Assembly (NCBI GenBank): GCA_963724765.1
Contig: CAVRVY010000002.1
Coordinates: 448,001 to 512,000, forward strand
Direction of reading: 5' to 3'
From: an uncultured delta proteobacterium
Lineage (GTDB): Bacteria; Desulfobacterota; Binatia; Binatales; Binataceae
DNA length: 64,000 nucleotides
Position 1 is the first letter of the stretch. Each line of letters opens with the position of its first letter. Both the position numbers and the translations under genes were made by a program. Shown in pieces: positions 10,416-20,676 of this stretch. A model generated the notes under the pieces. It did not search any database, was not told the origin of the DNA, and saw only the letters and a program-made list of their open reading frames with translations.

Positions 10416-11147
10416 TTAGAACTTTTCTTTGAAGGGTCTGACATCGAGCTCGTGGCTCCAGGCACTACGGTCTTGGTGGGCCAGGTACCAGAACGCGTCA
10501 GCGATCGCCGACGGTTTGAGGAAATCTTCGTCCTTCCTGTCGGGGCGGAAGTTCCTCAGCAGCGGCATGTCGATACCGCCGTCTACGTTGACGTATGCGA
10601 CATGGACGCCCTGCGGATGAAGATCGCGCGCCATCACCTGAGCGAGACCTCGCACGGCGAACTTCGCCGGAGCGAACGCCGCCGAGTTCGGCCACGGCCG
10701 CACGCCTGCGGTCGCGCCGGTGATCAGAATCGAACCGCTGCCACGCGAGAGCATCTCTGGCGCGACCTGCCGCGCCCACAGGAACGCGCCAAACGTATGT
10801 AGCCGCCAGGTTTGCTCGAAAACTTCGGGCGTGGTTTCCAGGAGCCGGCCCATCGGCCGCCGGCCGCCGTTGTAAACCAGAATTTCGATTAGCCCAAGTT
10901 CGCGCCTGATCCGTTCGTGCGCCGCCGAGATTTCAGCTTCGATGGTAGCGTCACTCTGAATAGGAAGCGCAATGCCGCCAGCGGAGGTGATTTCGCCCGC
11001 GACGTTCTCGATCACGCCTGCGCTTCTCGCCACCAGCGCTACCTTGTAACCGGCGGCGAAGCGGCGGGCCAGAGCCATGCCAAGACCTTCGCCGACTCCC
11101 ACTACTACACAGACTTTGTTCAACCCGGGCGCGATGGAATCATTCAT
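10416..11147 (-). CDS. Short-chain dehydrogenase/reductase
   Basis: GVGEGLG, AKFAVRGLAQVMARDLHPQGVHV. Confidence 0.9.
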   Translation of the reverse strand: MNDSIAPGLNKVCVVVGVGEGLGMALARRFAAGYKVALVARSAGVIENVAGEITSAGGIALPIQSDATIEAEISAAHERIRRELGLIEILVYNGGRRPMGRLLETTPEVFEQTWRLHTFGAFLWARQVAPEMLSRGSGSILITGATAGVRPWPNSAAFAPAKFAVRGLAQVMARDLHPQGVHVAYVNVDGGIDMPLLRNFRPDRKDEDFLKPSAIADAFWYLAHQDRSAWSHELDVRPFKEKF

Positions 11148-11316
11148 GATAGTTGCGGGCCGGCTGGGCGCGTATGGCCAACTCGGCTCTCCTTGCAGGG
11201 TGTTGTGCCGTTCTCAACGGCCGGCGTGCCCATTGATGGCGCCTCTCATGTCTGTCATATTAATGACGCTCGTAATCAAAGATGTCAAGGGCGACTGGAA
11301 AAGCGAGGAAAGTCCG

Positions 11317-11934
11317 ATGCGGGTGTCGAAAGAAAAGGCGGCGCACAACCGTGAAGAAATCCTGACTTCGGCCGCGCGTCTATTCCGGCTACACGGCATC
11401 GGCGCGACCGGGGTTGATTCGATTACTAGAGAGGCCGGTCTTACTCACGGCGGTCTCTACAGCCAATTCGGGTCCAAACAGGCGATCGTGACTGAAGCAA
11501 TTCGTTTTGCGCTGGAACGATCCAAGCTTCGTTGGCAGCGAACGGCGCAAGGCAAGCCGGCAAGCAAGGCGTTGTCCGAAATCGTGACTACCTACCTTTC
11601 GCGAGCGCATCGCGACTCGCCCGGCCGGGGATGTCTGGTCGCGGCTCTGAGCAGTGACATCGCCCGGCAGCCCGAGGTCGTTCGTGAGGCTTTCACCAAA
11701 GAGTTGAAAAGCGTGCTTGAGTTTTTGACAGACCTGATGCCGGGCGATGCTCCCTCTCGCCGTTACGAGGACGCGGTTGCGGCGTTTGCTTGCATGGTTG
11801 GCGCGCTGATTCTCGCGCGGGCGGTAAACGACGAGAGCCTTTCGCGACGGATACTGAAGACCGCGGCGAAACGAGCAGGGAAATTTGCCAAAGCCGATGC
11901 ATCCGTCCGGCGGCGGCGCCCCGCCGTCAGGTAA
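11317..11934 (+). CDS. TetR/AcrR-family regulator
   Basis: MRVSKEKAAHNREEIL...AGLTHGGLYSQFGSK. Divergent from the SDR/GST operon. Confidence 0.9.
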   Translation: MRVSKEKAAHNREEILTSAARLFRLHGIGATGVDSITREAGLTHGGLYSQFGSKQAIVTEAIRFALERSKLRWQRTAQGKPASKALSEIVTTYLSRAHRDSPGRGCLVAALSSDIARQPEVVREAFTKELKSVLEFLTDLMPGDAPSRRYEDAVAAFACMVGALILARAVNDESLSRRILKTAAKRAGKFAKADASVRRRRPAVR

Positions 11935-11977
11935 AGATTGTTCGGCCAGTGGCGATTTGACGCGAGGAGGACTTTCC

Positions 11978-12721
11978 GTGGAGCACAGGAACGCTACGGC
12001 GGCAGTGATCGGAGCCGGCGATTACATCGGCGCCGCAATCGCAAAGAAATTCGCGGCGGAAGGTTTCATGGTTTTCGCCGGCCGCCGCAATGGTGAAAAG
12101 CTTGCGCCGCTGGTTGCGGATATCGAGGCTTCAGGCGGGCGAATCTTCGCGCGCGCGCTCGACGCCCGCAAGGAAGATGATATCAGCGCTTTCCTGCAGA
12201 GTGCTGACCAGCGAGCGCCACTGGAAGTCTGCATATTCAACATCGGCGCCAACGTCAATCTGCCGCTGCTCGAGACTACGGAGCGTATTTTTCGCAAGGT
12301 CTGGGAGATGGCCTGCTATTCAGGATTCCTGGTTAGCCGGGAAGCTGCCCGCCTGATGCTGCCGCGCGGGCGGGGGTCGATCTTTTTCACCGGCGCCACG
12401 GCGAGTCTGCGAGGCGGCTCCGGATATGCGGCGTTTTCCAGCGCGAAGTTCGGTCTCCGCGCGGTTGCGCAAAGTGTTGCGCGGGAACTCGGACCGAAGA
12501 ATATTCACGTCGCCCATCTCATCATCGATGCCGAAGTGGATACCGCATGGGTGCGTGATCGGATCAGGGAGAGAGAGGGGGAGGCTGGGCTCAAGAACCT
12601 CGAGCCGGGCCGGCTCATGCGCCCCGCTGCAGTCGCGCAGGCGTTTTGGCAGCTCTACCAGCAGCCTCGCGATGCGTGGACATTCGAGCAAGAAATTCGT
12701 CCCTTTGCGGAGAAGTGGTGA
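11978..12721 (+). CDS. Short-chain dehydrogenase/reductase
   Basis: GAGDYIG, TGATASLRG, AKFGLRAVAQS. GTG start after a GGAGG RBS. Confidence 0.9.
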   Translation: MEHRNATAAVIGAGDYIGAAIAKKFAAEGFMVFAGRRNGEKLAPLVADIEASGGRIFARALDARKEDDISAFLQSADQRAPLEVCIFNIGANVNLPLLETTERIFRKVWEMACYSGFLVSREAARLMLPRGRGSIFFTGATASLRGGSGYAAFSSAKFGLRAVAQSVARELGPKNIHVAHLIIDAEVDTAWVRDRIREREGEAGLKNLEPGRLMRPAAVAQAFWQLYQQPRDAWTFEQEIRPFAEKW

Positions 12722-12860
12722 GTCGATCGCAACGTGGTCGACCTAGAGGCCGCGTGGTCGCTGACGACCGTGACTTTCGCGGCAGATGTCTATGCCTTCA
12801 TCAGAAAGATCTGATGGCCGGCACCGAGACTACGCGCAAGACTCACTGCGGTGGGTTGTT

Positions 12861-13718
12861 TCAATACAATTCAGGCACGGCGTTGTAGCGACGATTCCGT
12901 GGCTCGACATATCCGCGAGCTTTTTGTCTCTCGGGTAGTGTTATGGGTTCTTGCTTGATCTCCTGATAAGGAATGAGGCTCAAAAGGTGTGCAATGCAGT
13001 TGAGCCGCGCGCGCCGCTTGTCATCAGCGTTCACGATGAACCAGGGAGCGAACGACGTATCTGTAGCCGCGAGCATATCGTCCCGCGCTCGAGAATAGTC
13101 ATGCCAGCGCCGATGCGACTCGAGATCCATCGGACTGAGCTTCCAAATCTTGCGGCCATCATTGATGCGGGCGACAAAGCGGCGGGTTTGCTCTGCCTGG
13201 CTTACCTCGAACCAGTATTTGATCAGGATAATTCCCGACTCTACCACGGCCCGCTCCCACTGCGGGCACATCTCGAAAAAGCGCGTGACCTCCTGTTCTG
13301 TGGTAAAGCCCATGACGCGCTCCACCCCCGCGCGGTTGTACCAACTGCGATCGAAAATCACCACCTCCCCTGCGGCGGGCAGATGAGGAATGTAACGCTG
13401 GATGTACATCTGAGATTTTTCTCTCTCCGTTGGCGCCGGCAACGCTACGACTCTAAAAACCCTGGGACTGACTCGTTCCGTAATTCGCTTAATCACTCCG
13501 CCTTTCCCGGCCGCGTCGCGGCCCTCGAAGACGACTACGATTTTGAGTCCCCTGTGCTTCACCCATAGCTGTAGCTTGACGAGTTCAACCTCAAGCTTCG
13601 CCAATTTGCGCTCGAACTCGTTGCGCTTGAGTTGTGCAGGGCTTCCTTTGGTTGCGTTCGAGGGCGGGTTTGCCTTCGTCTTAGCTCTGGCCTTTTTACG
13701 CACGGCATAGCCCTCCAT
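12861..13718 (-). CDS. ppk2: Polyphosphate kinase 2 (class I, single domain)
   Basis: FEGRDAAGKGG, FDRSWYNRAGVERVMGF, WKLSPMD. Confidence 0.95.
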   Translation of the reverse strand: MEGYAVRKKARAKTKANPPSNATKGSPAQLKRNEFERKLAKLEVELVKLQLWVKHRGLKIVVVFEGRDAAGKGGVIKRITERVSPRVFRVVALPAPTEREKSQMYIQRYIPHLPAAGEVVIFDRSWYNRAGVERVMGFTTEQEVTRFFEMCPQWERAVVESGIILIKYWFEVSQAEQTRRFVARINDGRKIWKLSPMDLESHRRWHDYSRARDDMLAATDTSFAPWFIVNADDKRRARLNCIAHLLSLIPYQEIKQEPITLPERQKARGYVEPRNRRYNAVPELY

Positions 13719-13842
13719 TGTCACGCCGCGTTGCCGCCTCACCGAGCGCTTTGCAAGGATATCTATCTTATCACTGTGTGAACGCGCATCTGCGTGTATA
13801 CAGTGATGGGGTAGTTACCTTCGCATAACTAGGGCGGGCTTC

Positions 13843-14289
13843 TCAGTTGAGGCTCAGGGGCGAGGCGAGAATTTTGGCCAGGCGCGCGCGCCGTTTGAGC
13901 AGGTCGGCGAGAGTATAGCGATCGAGAGTAACGAAGAAGTTGTCGCAGGCCTCGGCGATGATTTCGGCGAGGCCACAGGCATTCGCAATCACGCAGCGAT
14001 TCCGTTGCACATCGAAGCATTCCACCGGTTTGGCCGGTCCCTCGGTGTAGCGGACAACATCACCGATGTTGATCTGCGCAGGCTCACGCGCCAGTTCGAT
14101 GCCGCCGCCTTTTCCTCGATAGCTTTTGATGAAGCCGCCGCGCGCAAGGTTATGCACAACTTTGACCAAATGGTTGCGCGAGATGCCATAGCGCTCCGCT
14201 ATTTCCGAGATGTTGGCCATGCGGTTGCGTTGGAGGGCCAGATACATCAAAACGCGCAGAGAATAATCGGTGTAGTAGGTAAGCTGCAT
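13843..14289 (-). CDS. nsrR: Rrf2-family NO-sensing repressor NsrR
   Basis: MQLTYYTDYSLRVLMYLA, SRNHLVKV, RGKGGG, three Fe-S Cys (VECF...CVIANACGL), adjacent NsrR box. Confidence 0.88.
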   Translation of the reverse strand: MQLTYYTDYSLRVLMYLALQRNRMANISEIAERYGISRNHLVKVVHNLARGGFIKSYRGKGGGIELAREPAQINIGDVVRYTEGPAKPVECFDVQRNRCVIANACGLAEIIAEACDNFFVTLDRYTLADLLKRRARLAKILASPLSLN

Positions 14290-14294
14290 GACGG

Positions 14295-14489
14295 CTAGAT
14301 TTCGAAGGCCTGAACGACTGGCAACAGCTCCCGCTTTCTCGCGCGGCCGAAGACTCTGTCCATAGAAGGATAGAAGACTGCCTCCTCGTTGCGATAGTGG
14401 CGCCGGCAGATGGCCATCGGCTCGTCGGGCCGGTGGCGGCTCGTACGTTCCGTACGGCCTGCGGTGAATAATTGCTTTCGATCGTGCAT
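14295..14489 (-). pseudogene. Hemerythrin-domain C-terminal remnant or small ORF
   Basis: RRHYRNEEAVFYPSMDRVFG resembles the final HxxxEExxxYP helix of hemerythrin domains. The rest of the domain is missing. Confidence 0.45.
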
Positions 14490-14510
14490 TGCTCTTGACC
14501 GCAGCGGTTG

Positions 14511-14533
14511 AAGATGTAGATTAAATACATCTT
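14511..14533. promoter_or_regulatory. NsrR binding site (11-1-11 inverted repeat)
   Basis: AAGATGTAGAT-T-AAATACATCTT resembles the known NsrR consensus AAGATGYATTTnAAATRCATCTT. It lies between the divergent units. Confidence 0.85.
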
Positions 14534-14592
14534 AACTCTGCGATCCGTCAAGCGCGAGTCGGCCCCGATGGCACAGGGTCGGGAAAGATGAG

Positions 14593-15318
14593 GTGGCCAT
14601 GAGCACTCTGATTGAGGCAATCCGAAGGCACCATCTGTCTTTGGCGAAGACGCTGGAGCCGCATGCGCGTGGAGTCGGCGGTGGCGAGCCGCAGGCCGAG
14701 CGCGATGCGTTCGTCACGTTTTTGAAGCGCGATCTACTGCCGCATGCAAGCGGCGAGGAGCGCCACCTTTATCCGCTCGTCGATACACTGGTGCGAAGGT
14801 ATGGAAAGCCGACCACGACAATGATCGTCGACCACGAGTTCATCACCGACTACATCGCCAAAATCGAACGCACGACACTGGAGCTTGCGACCGCCAACAA
14901 CGGCGAGCGTTCGCAGCTCTTGCGGCGGCTGCGGGATCTCGCCCTGCGGCTCGACGCCATTGTGGAGCTTCACTTGGCCAAGGAAGAGCGGATTTACCTG
15001 CCCCTTATCGAGGAGCACGTCGACGAGGCACAGCAGCGCAACGTGCTCGAAGCTATTCACGAGTCTTACGAGAAGGCCAGGAAGACGCCTGAAGATCGTC
15101 CGCTGGACGTTCGCAGCGTCATTGCGCGGGAGCGTCACACGCTCATTTTTGAAACCTTCACGAGTCTCAGGCCGGGCGAGGCGTTCGTTCTGATCAACAA
15201 CCACGATCCTCGGCCGCTCTACTATCAGTTCCAGGCGGAACATACGGGCCAGTTTTCGTGGAATTACCTCGAGCAGGGGCCGGAGGTCTGGCGGGTCCGG
15301 ATCGGGCGCAGCGCCTGA
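14593..15318 (+). CDS. Hemerythrin (HHE) domain + DUF2249 fusion
   Basis: PHASGEE..LYP, DHE, HLAKEE..YLP. C-terminal LDVRS...RHTLIF...NNHDPRPLYYQF...GPEVWRVRI. Confidence 0.85.
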   Translation: MAMSTLIEAIRRHHLSLAKTLEPHARGVGGGEPQAERDAFVTFLKRDLLPHASGEERHLYPLVDTLVRRYGKPTTTMIVDHEFITDYIAKIERTTLELATANNGERSQLLRRLRDLALRLDAIVELHLAKEERIYLPLIEEHVDEAQQRNVLEAIHESYEKARKTPEDRPLDVRSVIARERHTLIFETFTSLRPGEAFVLINNHDPRPLYYQFQAEHTGQFSWNYLEQGPEVWRVRIGRSA

Positions 15319-15354
15319 TACCGGAGCTTCATCGAGCCGGCTCCGAGAGCGAAG

Positions 15355-15658
15355 ATGGTGAGCGAAACGGACATCCTGCAGGCTCTGCGCGGAGTCAGTG
15401 ACCCTGAAGTCGGCGTCAACATCGTGGATCTCGGTTTGGTCTACAGTACCGAGATTCACGGCGACAGCGTGCGCATCGTGATGACGATGACGACGCCCGC
15501 CTGTCCGATGCATTCCTATCTCACGGAAGAGGTGCGACAGGCGGTTCTGAGCGGAGTATGCGGAAGTCGCAAACGTTGAAGTGAAACTGGTCTGGGACCC
15601 GGCGTGGTCGCCCAAAATGATTTCCGAAAAGGGAAAACGTCAGCTCGGCTGGCGTTGA
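15355..15658 (+). CDS. DUF59/SufT-like metal-sulfur cluster biosynthesis protein, +1 frameshift near 15555
   Basis: DPEVGVNIVDLGLVY...MTTPACP, continuing in another frame as EVANVEVKLVWDPAWSPKMISEKGKRQLGWR*. Confidence 0.85.
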
Positions 15659-15935
15659 GCAAAAGCTTTCGGGGTGCTTCGAGAGGGGCTTGACGCCCTC
15701 GACGCCGCCTAAATTGCCCCTGACGATGAGGTCGAGGACGGGGGATGAACCATGACGCGAGCCGGAGTATTTGTGAGATGCGATTTTTTGAGGAAAAGGC
15801 AGTCTTGGAAATCCACAAGACTGACATCGCGGTAAGTCCGATCCGTGACTTTCGCGGCGGGTTCAGGGTCGCGAGGTATGAGCCAAAACTGTCCATACGC
15901 CGAAACAGGTCGCGGCGAACAAGCGCAGGTGGGGC

Positions 15936-17171
15936 GTGGACGAAAACCCTGACGAGCGGCCGGATCGCAGCGCGAGTACAGACACGACGCCAGCAAGCGA
16001 ATCTGCCCCAGCGGTTGATCGCACTCTCGGTGCCGTCCACTCGTCGGCTCGCGCTATTCTGAAGTACGCGCGCCTGCCACTTCTCGCGCTCTCTATTTTT
16101 GCGCTACTGGCTGCGCTGTGGGCCGGCCTGCTGCGTCTCGGTTGGAGTCTACCGGTAATACAGCCGGGTCTTTACGCGGCTCACGGCCCGCTGATGGTGT
16201 GCGGCTTTCTGGGTACGCTGATAAGTCTCGAACGCGCGGTAGCCCTTGGTAGGGGCTGGAGCTACGCCGCACCGGCATCAAGTGGCGTGGGCGCGTTCGC
16301 ACTGATCGTTGGAGTTCCCGATCCAATTGGAGCGTTCCTCATTACCCTGGGAAGCCTCGCTCTCATCGCGAACTTCGTCGCTATCCTACGGCGCCAGACC
16401 GCGCTGTTCACGATCACGATGGCTCTCGGCGCTGCCGCGTGGTTCGTAGGCAATTGTCTTTGGTTCGTCCACATCCCCATCATCGAGATGTTCTACTGGT
16501 GGGCTGGATTCCTTGTCCTTACGATTGTCGGCGAACGACTTGAGTTAAGCCGTCTTACCGGCCTCGGCGAGCCCAATCGCTTGTTGTTTGTCCTCGGGGT
16601 CGGCGTGTTCGTCGTGGGTCTCGCACTGGGGTTGCCTGACGCGGCCTTGGGACTTCGCCTCGCCGGCTTTGGGATGCTCTTGATGGCGCTCTGGCTCTGG
16701 CGCTACGACCTCGCCCGCCGCACCGTGAGACAGCAAGGTCTTACTCGCTTCATCGCGGTCAACCTGCTCGCCGGCTATTTCTGGCTCGGTGTCGGTGCGG
16801 TCGCGTGGCTGTGGTTTGGCGACGACCTGACGACCTTTCATTACGACGTGATGCTCCACGCTATTTTTCTTGGCTTTGTCTTCTCGATGATCTTCGCTCA
16901 TGCGCCGGTTATTTTCCCGTCCGTGCTGCAGAGACCGCTGCCTTACCGGCGCTCATTCTACGTCCATTCAGCGCTCCTGCATCTGTCGCTTGCGCTGCGC
17001 GTCGGGGGTGATCTCTGGGGCTCGTATCCGGCCTATCAGTGGGGCGGATTGCTCAACGTGTTTGCACTGCTGGTATTCGTCGGCAATACCGGAGGGGCAA
17101 TCGCATCCGGAATATTCCAAAGCGACAAGAGGCCAACACGAATGGCGGTTCTACATAGCTCCGGCAGGTAG
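15936..17171 (+). CDS. Polytopic membrane protein, NnrS-like (NO-response associated)
   Basis: About 12 TM helices with conserved His motifs HGPLMVCGFLGTLISLERA and LHAIFLGFVFSMIFAHAPVIFP, in an NsrR context. Confidence 0.65.
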   Translation: MDENPDERPDRSASTDTTPASESAPAVDRTLGAVHSSARAILKYARLPLLALSIFALLAALWAGLLRLGWSLPVIQPGLYAAHGPLMVCGFLGTLISLERAVALGRGWSYAAPASSGVGAFALIVGVPDPIGAFLITLGSLALIANFVAILRRQTALFTITMALGAAAWFVGNCLWFVHIPIIEMFYWWAGFLVLTIVGERLELSRLTGLGEPNRLLFVLGVGVFVVGLALGLPDAALGLRLAGFGMLLMALWLWRYDLARRTVRQQGLTRFIAVNLLAGYFWLGVGAVAWLWFGDDLTTFHYDVMLHAIFLGFVFSMIFAHAPVIFPSVLQRPLPYRRSFYVHSALLHLSLALRVGGDLWGSYPAYQWGGLLNVFALLVFVGNTGGAIASGIFQSDKRPTRMAVLHSSGR

Positions 17172-17178
17172 GCTCGGC

Positions 17179-17499
17179 ATGCATCGCAACAAAGTCCTGG
17201 TGATGAGCGAAGAGATTGAAATCGCCGAGCGCGACTGGCTCATCTGCGGCCTTCTGTGGGTGGCGATCGGAACACTCGCCTCCGGTCCTTTTGGCTTTAT
17301 CGCACGAGGGGCGCGCGTGCTTTTTGCACTCACTCTCTTTGTCCACACGATCGAGGCCCTGTATGTGACGTTTCGTTCGTGGAAAGCGGGACTAAGCCCG
17401 CAGACATGGTTTCTCCGGACGATCGTGCTGGGTGCGCTCGCCCTCCTGACACTGGAAACCCATCTCAGAAAACGGCCACGCCGGAGGTTGGTAAGGTGA
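17179..17499 (+). CDS. Small membrane protein (DUF1145/YhhL-like)
   Basis: TM helices with VHTIEALY and WFLRTIVLG. Fills the operon gap and its stop overlaps the next GTG. Confidence 0.5.
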   Translation: MHRNKVLVMSEEIEIAERDWLICGLLWVAIGTLASGPFGFIARGARVLFALTLFVHTIEALYVTFRSWKAGLSPQTWFLRTIVLGALALLTLETHLRKRPRRRLVR

Positions 17500-18047
17500 G
17501 CTATAGGTGGTTTGTTCCGGTGCGGCGCGGTGGCCTCTACGAATACATTGCGGCCGAACACACTCTATTGGACAAACTGCTGGCTCAGGCCTCGGGACGG
17601 GACGGGGCAATCGACAGCGGAGCTTACGAACGCTTCCGCAATGGGCTGCTCAGACACATCAGCATCGAGGAAAAGATCCTTCTTCCAATGGCCAGGCGGC
17701 AACGGGGCGGCGCGGCGCTGCCGATCGCGGCGCGGTTGAGACTCGATCATGGCGCGCTGGCGGCGCTGATGATGCTGCCGCCCGTGGCCCACACCTTTCG
17801 CGCGATACGAGCCGTACTCGATGCTCACAACCCGCTCGAAGAAACCCAAGGCGGTGCGTACGAGCAATGCGAAAGTCTGGCTGATTCGGAGGTTGATGGG
17901 CTGCTGGCGCAAAGCGCGGTTACGCCTCCTGTGCCGGTCTCGCCTTGGATCGACAGTCCAAAAGTTCTGGCCGCAGCAAAGCGGGTACTGGCGCGCGCCG
18001 GTTACGGCGCATCGCTGTTGGATCCGGTCAACGGAGAGTTCGGATGA
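17496..18047 (+). CDS. Hemerythrin-domain protein
   Basis: EHTLLD, LLRHISIEEKILLP, RLDHG, HNPLEE. Confidence 0.8.
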   Translation: MSYRWFVPVRRGGLYEYIAAEHTLLDKLLAQASGRDGAIDSGAYERFRNGLLRHISIEEKILLPMARRQRGGAALPIAARLRLDHGALAALMMLPPVAHTFRAIRAVLDAHNPLEETQGGAYEQCESLADSEVDGLLAQSAVTPPVPVSPWIDSPKVLAAAKRVLARAGYGASLLDPVNGEFG

Positions 18048-18117
18048 TCCATCCTGCGGCTTCTCCAAAACACATCACCAGTTACTATGACGTCAGAAAT
18101 GGTGTGTGATGGACTTG

Positions 18118-19557
18118 TCAATGGTGGGAGGAGATGTGGTGCTTTTGAAGGAGAGAGTAAAAGGTTTTCCGATCGACACCGGCAGCTTTGGCCGCATGGC
18201 TGATATTATAGTCGTGCCTTTTTAGCAGCTCTGTAACGTAGCCAGCTTCGAACCGCGCCTTCGCCATCTTGAACGTCGGTGCCGGCGAGCTAATGGCGGC
18301 TTCGACAACTTGCGGATTGTAGATCTGTAGTTCTTCGGGAAGATCCTGCAGCGTGATCGTCTCCGTGCGAGCCACGGCGCAACTGTATTCGACGACGTTT
18401 TGAAGTTCACGAACGTTGCCGGGCCATGGGCAGCCCTCAAGGAGCCCGAGCACCTCGGAAGCAAAGCGTTTGGGAGCCGAGAAGCTCTTGCGGCCGCATT
18501 CTTTGAGAAAATGATTAGCCAGCAGGGCTACGTCCTTATCGCGCTTGCGCAGCGGAGGCAGATGCAGAGGAACGACATTCAAACGATAGAAAAGATCCTG
18601 CCGAAACTGCCGTTGCGAGACCTGTCCGCGCAAATCGCGGTTCGTCGCTGAGACCACCCTCACGTCGAAGTCGACGATTTTGGTTCCGCCGAGCCGGCGA
18701 TGCCGGCGTTCCTGAAGCGCGCGAAGAAGTTTTGGCTGGAGGCTCATGGGCAGTTCCGCTATTTCGTCGAAGAATAAGGTGCCGCGATGAGCCAGTTCCA
18801 TTAGTCCCGGTTTGGTATGAATTGCGCCGGTAAATGCCCCTTTTTCGTAACCGAATAGTTCCGCCTCAAGTAGATTCTCCGGTAAAGATGCGCAGTCCAC
18901 TGGAATAAATACGCCCTCGGACCTGTGGCTGCAGGTGTGTATTACCCTGGCAAAAAGCTCCTTTCCCGTACCAGACTCTCCAAAGATAATAATATTCGCA
19001 TCCGATCTCGCGACCCTTCCCGCCAGCTCCAACACCTGCTGTAGGGCGTGGCTTGCGCCCACGATGACTTCGGTGGAAGTTTGTTGTGGTCGGTGATCGG
19101 AAGATTGCGTCTGGAAGACGCGCTGCCGATGCCCTAAGCCCAGCTCCACCGCTACCTTCAGATTGTTCAGCGTGAACGGCCTGAGCAGATAGAATAAAGC
19201 CCCTTCCTTCAGGGCTTCCACTGCCGCCTCTATCGTCGCAAGGTTGGTCAGGATGATTAGTGGGAGCTCAGGATCGAGGTCGCGCAGAGGTGACTGCAGC
19301 CGTGAGCCGTTCTCAGAGAATGAGAGGATGTCGCATAGGAAGAGCCCGGGATGCTCAGACTTCAGAAATTTACGGGCCTCTTCCGGATCTGCCGTGGCGA
19401 ACGTTCTATACCCTAACGATCCCAGGTCTCGACTCCAGGCCTCAAGCGCCGCCTGATCGGAATCTAGAACGAGAATTCCTGGCGCCATTGTCGCTTTTGA
19501 TTCCAAATGCGTGTACGCCTGGCTTTCGGCCGGCGAATCGAATGGCGGGTTATCCAC
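18118..19557 (-). CDS. Sigma-54-dependent response regulator (NtrC/AtoC type) with atypical receiver
   Basis: GESGTGKE, GAFTGA, FFDEI, WPGNVREL, C-terminal Fis HTH. Confidence 0.93.
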   Translation of the reverse strand: MDNPPFDSPAESQAYTHLESKATMAPGILVLDSDQAALEAWSRDLGSLGYRTFATADPEEARKFLKSEHPGLFLCDILSFSENGSRLQSPLRDLDPELPLIILTNLATIEAAVEALKEGALFYLLRPFTLNNLKVAVELGLGHRQRVFQTQSSDHRPQQTSTEVIVGASHALQQVLELAGRVARSDANIIIFGESGTGKELFARVIHTCSHRSEGVFIPVDCASLPENLLEAELFGYEKGAFTGAIHTKPGLMELAHRGTLFFDEIAELPMSLQPKLLRALQERRHRRLGGTKIVDFDVRVVSATNRDLRGQVSQRQFRQDLFYRLNVVPLHLPPLRKRDKDVALLANHFLKECGRKSFSAPKRFASEVLGLLEGCPWPGNVRELQNVVEYSCAVARTETITLQDLPEELQIYNPQVVEAAISSPAPTFKMAKARFEAGYVTELLKRHDYNISHAAKAAGVDRKTFYSLLQKHHISSHH

Positions 19558-19634
19558 AAGGTCGGGAGACCTCCGTTGTTATGTACTCCTCTTACCGCAT
19601 GGAATGGCTTCTGTTCAATCTTCGGCTGCATGGC

Positions 19635-20570
19635 TCACTTTCGAGAGCGCGGCGGAGCTTCATCACGTAGCCATTTGGAACGAATCCCGATGCGACGCAA
19701 GGCGGCGACAGCGCGGCGAGGCTTTTCGAGATCACTCCATTCAACCCCAGCGACCGGAAGCACCGCCAGATTGCCCGGACACTTGGCCAAGATCTCGTGC
19801 GAAAAGTCCTGATCAGAGACAGTCGCATAAATCGCTTCAATCACCTCGCTTTCCCTCTCCGTACCGATCATTGAACGCACGTCGTCAAACGATGCAGCAA
19901 GTCGCGGCAAAACCTTTCTCATCACCGATAAAAGCACCGGAACCTGGGCCACGACAACCGAGCTGTTCCACAGACAGCCCGATTGCCATAAGCGCATCGC
20001 TAGTTTGTGGGGAGGCTTTTCCCAAAATCCTCGGATCTGAAACAGCTGCACATATTCGCTGATTCGATCGCCCATCTCGATCCAGCAATAATCAACTTCC
20101 GGCCCATCGGGGGTAGCGCCCAGCAGGACCAGCAGATCCGGACGGGCTCGGATTCCCTCGAAAGCGAGATCGACATGGCGCATAAAGGCTGCATCATCCT
20201 CTACATAATGATGCGACGGGAATATGGCCACCGCGGCGCCTGGTGCGATTGTCTGCCGAGCTAACGCGTAGAGCATCGCCGGAGCGGTTCCTCGATTTCG
20301 CGGTTGTACGACAAGTTCCGAGGGCAATAAATCGGATAGCAGACCTTCGAAGAACTTCCTATGGTTTCGCGTGACGACGGTCACAGTTCGTTTGGGAGGA
20401 AATGCAAGGGCGACACGCCGACGGGTCTGCTCCAAAATCGTTGATTCGCCGGCTATCCTACAAAATTGCTTTGGTACGTCTCGGTCCGCGCTTCTATGCG
20501 TTAGAGACTCCGGACCTTTCCGCGCCTCGCTGCCGCCGAGAATGATAGCCACCCGTTGTTCTGAATCCAT
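19635..20570 (-). CDS. Mannose-1-phosphate guanylyltransferase-like nucleotidyltransferase, degenerate N-terminal motif
   Basis: VPKQF, QPRNRGTAPA, FWEKP, LWNS, WSDL. Lacks GGxGxRL. Confidence 0.8.
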   Translation of the reverse strand: MDSEQRVAIILGGSEARKGPESLTHRSADRDVPKQFCRIAGESTILEQTRRRVALAFPPKRTVTVVTRNHRKFFEGLLSDLLPSELVVQPRNRGTAPAMLYALARQTIAPGAAVAIFPSHHYVEDDAAFMRHVDLAFEGIRARPDLLVLLGATPDGPEVDYCWIEMGDRISEYVQLFQIRGFWEKPPHKLAMRLWQSGCLWNSSVVVAQVPVLLSVMRKVLPRLAASFDDVRSMIGTERESEVIEAIYATVSDQDFSHEILAKCPGNLAVLPVAGVEWSDLEKPRRAVAALRRIGIRSKWLRDEAPPRSRK

Positions 20571-20676
20571 ACTCTAACTTTCACCGACGCTTATCGTGCG
20601 ACGCTTTCGCCGCGTGAACCACTACTTGCAGCGCGGTTCCGAGAGGGTGTCTAAGCGCCCGAAACATTCATCCTTG

